Assembly: GCA_963767925.1 (NCBI GenBank) | Contig: CAVYGB010000010.1 | Location: 32,001 to 96,000, forward strand | DNA: 64,000 nt | Direction: 5' to 3' | Origin: an uncultured delta proteobacterium | GTDB taxonomy: Bacteria > Myxococcota_A > Polyangia > Fen-1088 | Shown here: in pieces, positions 58,135 to 64,000 of the stretch | How positions within the stretch are numbered: the first letter of the stretch is position 1 | Layout of the letters: every line of letters begins with the position of its first letter | The notes under the pieces: model-generated | Database searches by the model: none | The model's input: the letters and a program-made list of their open reading frames with translations, nothing else | Told to the model about the DNA's origin: nothing | Position numbers and translations under genes: made by a program

Positions 58135-59455
58135 TCAGCCGCCCTTGCGGGCGGGCGGCGGCACCAGCGGGGACCGGGGTGGACTGGCCAGGCGGCCCTC
58201 GACGGCCCCCAGGAGGTCGACGCCCACCGCCGCCTTGAGCTGCTCGTTGGCGGAGATGAGGCGGCCGGCCAGGCCCCCCAGGTCGCCGCCGGGTGGGGCC
58301 GCTCCGTTGCTGGACGCACTCCCGCCCACACCGCCCAGCACGGTGAGCCGGTCGACCTTGAGGTTGCCCACGGTCCCCATGACGATGCGGATGAGCTCGT
58401 CCATCTTCTGCATCAGGAAAACTTCGCGCGCGCCCGCGCCCACCCGGTTCCAGGTGGCGGCGATCCGCTCCATCGCCTCGCCCGTGGCCCGTCCCTGCTC
58501 GACGATCTTGGCCGCCGCGCCCCGGGCGTTGGCCTCGGCCGCCGCCTTCTGGGCCCGGGCCGGCTCGAGCACGTCGGCCTGGAGCTGGCTGCGCACCTGC
58601 TCGATCCGGGCACGCTGGACCTCCAGCTCCGCCTCGGCCCGGGCCAGCCTGGCCGAGACCTTGCCCCGGGCCTCCGCGATCATGGCCGCGGCCTGGGTCT
58701 GGGCGTCGGCCACCCGGCGGGCGTTCTCCGCCCGCAAGGTGCCGAGCTGGGCGTCGAGGCGGGAGATCTCGGTCTCCTGGTGATTAAAGGCCGCCTGGAT
58801 GGCCGACTCCGCCCGCGAGTTCGCCTCGGCGATGAGGGCCCGCTTCTGCACCTCGGCCGACTGGCGGCGCCCGATGCTGTCGAGGTAGTCGACCTCGTCG
58901 GAGACGTCCTGGATCTTCAGGGTGTCGAGCTCGAGGCCCAGCCGCCGCAGGTCGTCCTCGGCCTCGTCGAGCAGGGACTGAGCGAACTTGATCTTGTCCT
59001 CGTTGACCTCTTCGGGCGTGAGGGTGGCGAGCACGCCGCGCAGGTTCCCCTCGAGCGTCTCCTTCGCCACCGACATGATGCGGTCCCGGGGCGATCCCGA
59101 GGAAACGTTCGATGGCGTTGTCGAGCACGGGCTGCTCGCCCGCCACCTTGACGTTGGCGATGCCGTGCACGTTGAGCGGGATGCCCCCCCGCGAGTAGGC
59201 CCCCTTGACCTGCACCTCGATGGGCATGTTCGTCAGATCCATGCGGTCGACCCTCTCGAACAGGGGGATACGGATGGCCCGCCCACCCTTGATGATGCGG
59301 TAGCCGATCCGACGCCCGGAGGCGGAGGCCCGCTGGCCTCCCGAGAAGATGAGCACCTCGTTGGGCGGGCAGATGTAGAGCAGACGCTTGATCACCCCCA
59401 GGAGCACGATGGCGAAGATCGCGATGACCGCCAGGAGCGAGAGGAACGAGATCAT
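58135..59455 (-). CDS. Flotillin/SPFH protein 2 (one extra base near 59090)
   Basis: N-terminal TM, ICPPNEVLIFSG, ETLEGNLRGVLATLTPEEVN, LKIQDVSD...YLDSIGR, EA-rich coil; ATGA overlap with the upstream flotillin. Confidence 0.9.
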
Positions 59456-60745
59456 GGCTGGGTGCCCTCCTTCTCGCCGCGGGCCCGACCCAGCAGCGCG
59501 GGGATGTCGACCCCGGTGGTCTCGCGCAGCGAGCGGAACACCGCCGCCACCGCCGCCGGGTAGGCCGCCGCCAGCCGGGGCAGGGCCTGCCCGTCGCCGT
59601 CGATGAGGTGAATGTTGCTGACCTCGACCCGCTGCACGCCTTCGACCACCATGCGGGTGATCCCCTCGATCTTGTCGATGAGGAACATGTCCATGGCCGA
59701 GGTGCCCGCCTTCATCCAGGCGTCGGAGACCAGCGAGAGCGACTCGGCCGTGGCCCGCCCGTTCTCGACGATGCTGGCCGCCGAACCGGCGGCGGTCAGC
59801 GCGGCCGCCTCGCTGGTTGATCTCGGCGGGGATGACCACGTCGCTCTGCAGCCGGACCGCCTCGAGCTCGCGCCGGACCGCCTCCAGGGCCTGCATGGCG
59901 GTGGCCTGGGCGGCCAGGGCGCCGGCCTCGGCCCGCTCCTCGATGGACTTGGCCTCCGCCTCCAGCTCGGCGGCCACCCGGCGCAGCTCGTTGCGCCGCT
60001 GGGCGATGGCCCGCTCGGCGTCGGCCTGGGCCACCTTGGCCCGCATGTCGGCCCCCGCGGCCTCCTTGGCCGCCTCGTTGCGGGCGTTGGACTCGGCGAT
60101 CTCCGCTTCCTTGATGATCTGGGCGATCTTCCCGCGGCCGATCGAGTCGAGGTAGTTGGCGTCGTCGGTGACGTGCTGGATCTTCAGCACGTCGAGGTGC
60201 AGCCCCAGCTTGGCCAGGTCCTGCTCGACCTCCTGGGAGAGCGACTCGGCGAACTTGAGCCGGTCGGTGTTCACCTCCTCGGGGGTGAGGGTGGCGAGCA
60301 CGCCGCGCAGGTTGCCCTCGAGCGTCTCCTTGGCCACCTGCTGGATGTCGGCCTGTCCCCGGCCCAGGAAGCGCTCGACGGCGTTCATCACCACCTGGGG
60401 GTTGGCCGAGATCTTCACGATGGCGATGGCCCGCACCTTGAGGGGAATGCCCACCCGGGTGTAGGCGCCCTGCACCTGCACGTCGATGGGGAAGCTGCGC
60501 ATGTCCATCCGGTCGACGGTCTCGATGATCGGCACCCGCCAGGCCCGGCCGCCGAACACGACCCGGAAGCCGACCTCCGAGCCGTCCTCGCGGCGGTGCT
60601 TGCGCCCGGCGAAGATCACCATCTCCTGCGGCCGGCAGATGATCAGGAACTGCTTCACGAAGCCGAGCAGGATCAGGATGCCGACCGCCGTGCCGAGGGC
60701 GGTCACCGGCAGCCCGAGCAGATCGCCGAGGGGAGAGTCGCTCAT
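59452..60745 (-). CDS. Flotillin/SPFH protein 1 (one extra base near 59813)
   Basis: Same SPFH motifs (ETLEGNLRGVLATLTPEEVN, YLDSIGR); the C-terminus continues in the 59452..59715 frame. Confidence 0.9.
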
Positions 60746-61386
60746 GAATCCTCCGTTTTCGAGCCCAGCGGGAGCCGGCCGGCCGGGGGCAACGAAGCCG
60801 GGCTCCGCTCCACCAGGGCCACCGTCCCGCGCATGCCGACGACCAGGGCGGTCTCGCCGGCACCGAGCGCGCCTTCGCTCTCGGTCTCGGCGATGAGGTC
60901 GGTGCTGATGCCCCCGATGGACAGGCGCACCTTGCCCCGCACCCCCTTGCCGACCGGCAACAGGACGCGGCCTTCCCGCCCGATGTGAGAGTCGCTGCCG
61001 CCCAGCAGCCCCACCGGGCCGCGGGCCAGCCCCTGCAGCACGCGCGCCGACAGGTAGCCGCAGCCCAGCCCCATGCCCCCGGCCACCAGCGGCGTGGCCA
61101 GGCCGAGCCCGGTGAGGGTGAGGGCCGCCCCGCTCAGCCCGAAGAAGGCCAGGGCGAACGCCCAGAAGCGCAGGCTGAGGAAAGGCAGCAGGCTGTGCGG
61201 GGCGTGGCTGCCGTGGTGGCCCTCGTGCCCCTGGCCGTGGTCGCCGCCATGCCCGTCGTCGTGGCCACCGCCGTCGCCGCCGCCATGATCATGGCCGGCA
61301 TCGCCGTCGCCGCCGTGCCCCCCGAAGATCGACGCTCCCAGGAGCACGCCACCAAAGAGCAAGCTTCCCAAGTAGATCGACAGCAT
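60742..61386 (-). CDS. NfeD-like (YuaF-type) membrane protein with a His/Gly-rich loop
   Basis: Three TM segments, His-rich loop, OB-fold-like C-terminus IGREGRVLLPV...GKVRL; ATGA-coupled to flotillin 1. Confidence 0.85.
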   Translation of the reverse strand: MLSIYLGSLLFGGVLLGASIFGGHGGDGDAGHDHGGGDGGGHDDGHGGDHGQGHEGHHGSHAPHSLLPFLSLRFWAFALAFFGLSGAALTLTGLGLATPLVAGGMGLGCGYLSARVLQGLARGPVGLLGGSDSHIGREGRVLLPVGKGVRGKVRLSIGGISTDLIAETESEGALGAGETALVVGMRGTVALVERSPASLPPAGRLPLGSKTEDS

Positions 61387-61580
61387 CGAGGCCCTCACGT
61401 GATGTTGCGAATGACACCATGGGATAGCACCCCGGTCCATGACAATCGAGGACGTCTCGCCATGTGACACCTCGATCGAACGCGCGCCGGGCGCTGACAT
61501 TCTGGGCAAGCGGCCTGGCGCGGTGCCCGCGTAGGCGGAACGCGTAGGCGCCAGCGAAGGAGCAGCGGCGGCCCGCTGCT

Positions 61581-62999
61581 TCAGCTCGGCTCGGTGGAGA
61601 CCCGGGCCGGGCGGGCGGGGCGCGGGCGCGGGCGGCGGGTGCGGGCGGGGCCCAGCACCATCTCCAGGCGGGCCCGCTCGCGCAGCAGCTCCTCGCCGAA
61701 CAGGCGGCGGATGGCGTCGGCCAGCTCGGGCGTGGCCCCCACGCAGAAGGGGGCGATCGCTTCGCGCACCTCGCGCGCGCTGCCGAACCGCTCGGCCGGG
61801 TCGGTCGCCAGCAGCCCCGGCAACAGGGCGGGCAGCGGCGGGGGCAGCCCGGCGATGAAGTCGCGCTCGCGCTCCTGGGGACCGGTCGCCGCGGCCAGCA
61901 GCCGGTCGTAGAGCGTCTTGCCCCGGTAGAGGGGGGCCCGGGCCGCGCAGTAGTAGATGACGAGACCGACCGAGAAGAGGTCGGCCCGCTGGTCGACGGT
62001 GAAGCCCTGGGCCTGCTCGGGGGACATGAAGTCGACGTTCCCCTTCACGGTCTCGTTGCCCGAGGTGCCCAGCCCCGACGAGCCGCGCACCTGGGCGATG
62101 CCGAAGTCGAGCAGCTTCACCTCGGCCCGCTCCGACAGCAGGATGTTCTCGGGGGTGACGTCGCGATGGACCAGGTCGAGGGGCTCGCCGTGCTCGTCCA
62201 CCTTGCCGTGGGCGTATTCGAGCGCGCCGAGGACCTCTTGGGCCAGGTAGAGGATCGCACCGGCGCTGAGGGGGCGTTGCTTGAGCTCCACCATGCGGCG
62301 GGTGAGGCGGCCCAGATCCCGTCCGGCGATGTACTCCTCGACCAGGAAGCGCTGCCCCTGGGCCTCGGCGTAGTCGACGACGGCGGCGATGTTGGGATGG
62401 ATCAGCGAGGCGCCCAGCTCCTTCTCGGCCAGGAAGTGCATCATCGCCACCGCGTCTTCGGACTGCTCGCGCCGCAGCTTCTTGATGACGAAGGGGCGAA
62501 TGGTGCCATCGGGCGCCGTGCCGGCGGCGGTGAACACCTCGGCCAGGCCGCCCTCGCCGATGCGATCGATGAGGAGGTAGGCGCCCAGCCGCTCGGGCAC
62601 GCTGCCCGGCGGAGGCGGATCGCCGCTGGCCGGGCCCAGCAGATCGGCGTCGGTGTGCGGCTCGCCCTCGGTCTCGGCCTCGGTCGACCAGCGGCCGCTG
62701 TGCCGCCGCCGCAGGATCACCATGAGCCCGAGCAGGGAGACCGCCGCCGCGCCCACCAGCCAGGCGATCGAGGCCCAGCCGATCCCCTCGCGGGATCCGC
62801 GGGCCACCTCCTCCTCGGCCCGGGCCTGCGCGCAGCTCGTCGGGAAGATCAGCAGCAACAGCGCAGCCAGCGCGCCCACCCGGACCACCGCCCGCCACCG
62901 CCTGCTCGACGCTCGGCCCGCTGACGGGGGAACGCGCTCACGGCCATCCGGACTACCAGCGCTCGCCACCACGAGGGCAGGATACAGAAAATTGCCCAT
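61581..62999 (-). CDS. Hanks-type Ser/Thr protein kinase with N-terminal membrane segments
   Basis: IGEGGLAEVF, VIKKL, HPNI, HRDVTPEN, DFGIA, FMSPEQ, DLFSVG; start codon uncertain. Confidence 0.92.
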   Translation of the reverse strand: MGNFLYPALVVASAGSPDGRERVPPSAGRASSRRWRAVVRVGALAALLLLIFPTSCAQARAEEEVARGSREGIGWASIAWLVGAAAVSLLGLMVILRRRHSGRWSTEAETEGEPHTDADLLGPASGDPPPPGSVPERLGAYLLIDRIGEGGLAEVFTAAGTAPDGTIRPFVIKKLRREQSEDAVAMMHFLAEKELGASLIHPNIAAVVDYAEAQGQRFLVEEYIAGRDLGRLTRRMVELKQRPLSAGAILYLAQEVLGALEYAHGKVDEHGEPLDLVHRDVTPENILLSERAEVKLLDFGIAQVRGSSGLGTSGNETVKGNVDFMSPEQAQGFTVDQRADLFSVGLVIYYCAARAPLYRGKTLYDRLLAAATGPQERERDFIAGLPPPLPALLPGLLATDPAERFGSAREVREAIAPFCVGATPELADAIRRLFGEELLRERARLEMVLGPARTRRPRPRPARPARVSTEPS

Positions 63000-63153
63000 C
63001 GCGATCAGCAGTTTTGCGCGCACCGGCGCTGCGTTCGCCCGATCGGGAGCACATCGCTGCCAGCGAGGTAAAATCGATCCGTCGATGTAGTCCAGGTAGG
63101 GCGCATATCGGTGCTAGAACGGGGCTGGGGCAGCGGCTCCGCAGAACACCCAC

Positions 63154-63816
63154 ATGCTCGGCTTCCTTCACACCTTGTCGGCGAACGCCAAGACCTTCGG
63201 CGACCTCCTCGAAAAGCTCAGCCCCGAGACTCCCAGCCTGCACCGCCTGGACGAGGCGGTCCTCGTCGAGGCGCGGGCCGCCGGCGCCGGCAGCGAAGCG
63301 GTCCGCCGCCAGGTGCAGGTCGACGTCGGCAGCCTGGTGGCGGAAGGGGCCCGGATCATCGTCTGCACCTGCTCCACCATCGGCGCGGTGGCGGAGGCGG
63401 CGACGGTCCCCGCCGGCATCACGGTGATGCGCATCGATCGCCCCATGGCCGAGCAGGCGGTGGCCTGCGGCCCGGCGCTGCTGGTGGTGGCCGCCCTCAA
63501 GTCCACCTTCGAACCCACGCTGGCCCTGCTGAACGAGGAGGCGGCCAGCGCGGGCAAGACTCTCGAGATCAGCAAGGTCCTCTGCCAGGACGCCTGGCCC
63601 TACTTCGAGCGGGGCGACCTCGAACGTTACGCTCAGGAGATCGCCCGCACCATCGGCGCCTTCCGGGGCCGGGTCGACGCCATCGTCCTGGCTCAGGCCT
63701 CGATGGCCCCCGCCGCCGATCTGCTGCCGAACCTGTACACCCCCGTCCTGTCCAGCCCCCGCCTGGGCCTGCTCGCCGCCCTCGAGAAGCACCGCCTCGC
63801 CACCCCGACCCGCTGA
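63154..63816 (+). CDS. Asp/Glu racemase superfamily protein
   Basis: MLGFLHT, CTCSTIG, RIDRPMA, IVLAQASMA, PVLSSPRLG. Confidence 0.8.
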   Translation: MLGFLHTLSANAKTFGDLLEKLSPETPSLHRLDEAVLVEARAAGAGSEAVRRQVQVDVGSLVAEGARIIVCTCSTIGAVAEAATVPAGITVMRIDRPMAEQAVACGPALLVVAALKSTFEPTLALLNEEAASAGKTLEISKVLCQDAWPYFERGDLERYAQEIARTIGAFRGRVDAIVLAQASMAPAADLLPNLYTPVLSSPRLGLLAALEKHRLATPTR

Positions 63817-63850
63817 GCCGCGCCGGCTGCGGTTTCTCTGCGACGGGCTG

Positions 63851-64000
63851 CTAGGGGATCTCCTGGCCGCGGGCGGCCTCCCAGAGGAGGTACCAGTCTT
63901 CGCGGTCGAGGGTGAGGCTGGCGGCGGCGGCGAGGCCCTCGATCCGCTCGGGGCGGTTGGTGCCGAAAACGGCGATCGGCCGGCTGGGGTGGGCCAGCAC
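63851..64000 (-). CDS. Aldo/keto reductase, C-terminal fragment (starts beyond right edge)
   Basis: Hand translation VLAHPSRPIAVFGTNRPERIEGLAAAASLTLDREDWYLLWEAARGQEIP*, a YdhF-like ending. Confidence 0.8.
   Translation of the reverse strand: MLAHPSRPIAVFGTNRPERIEGLAAAASLTLDREDWYLLWEAARGQEIP

Noticed and set aside
60742..62898. 718-aa ORF suggesting a kinase-NfeD fusion
   Set aside because: The upstream part is an alternative frame of the kinase gene; the NfeD-like protein starts at 61386

Overview
Very GC-rich chromosomal segment, most likely from a Myxococcota (myxobacterial) genome. The left 18.5 kb carries an Agl-Glt-type gliding motility locus: gltC-gltD-gltE-gltF-gltG, an extra TPR lipoprotein and a giant GltI/AgmK-like TPR gene that runs off the left edge (all - strand), plus a divergent CglC/GltK-like lipoprotein. 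Housekeeping genes follow: yraN, rpsP-khpA-rimM-trmD-rplS, a threonine dehydratase, nadA, rimO, coaX, gyrA and hemL. Between them are envelope and signalling genes: a degenerate phosphoesterase fused to a tetraheme cytochrome c, a DUF1592/DUF1552 pair, a membrane-anchored Four-jointed/Fam20-like atypical kinase, a REC-GAF-HD-GYP protein, a lipoprotein with about 16 Ig-like repeats, and a Ser/Thr kinase-NfeD-flotillin-flotillin-beta-propeller cluster. Five single-base frameshifts (nadA, rimO twice, both flotillins) look like assembly indels. I saw no rRNA, tRNA, CRISPR array or mobile element. Most long ORFs in the track are antisense shadows of real genes. All family calls come from motif recognition by eye; no database search was run.
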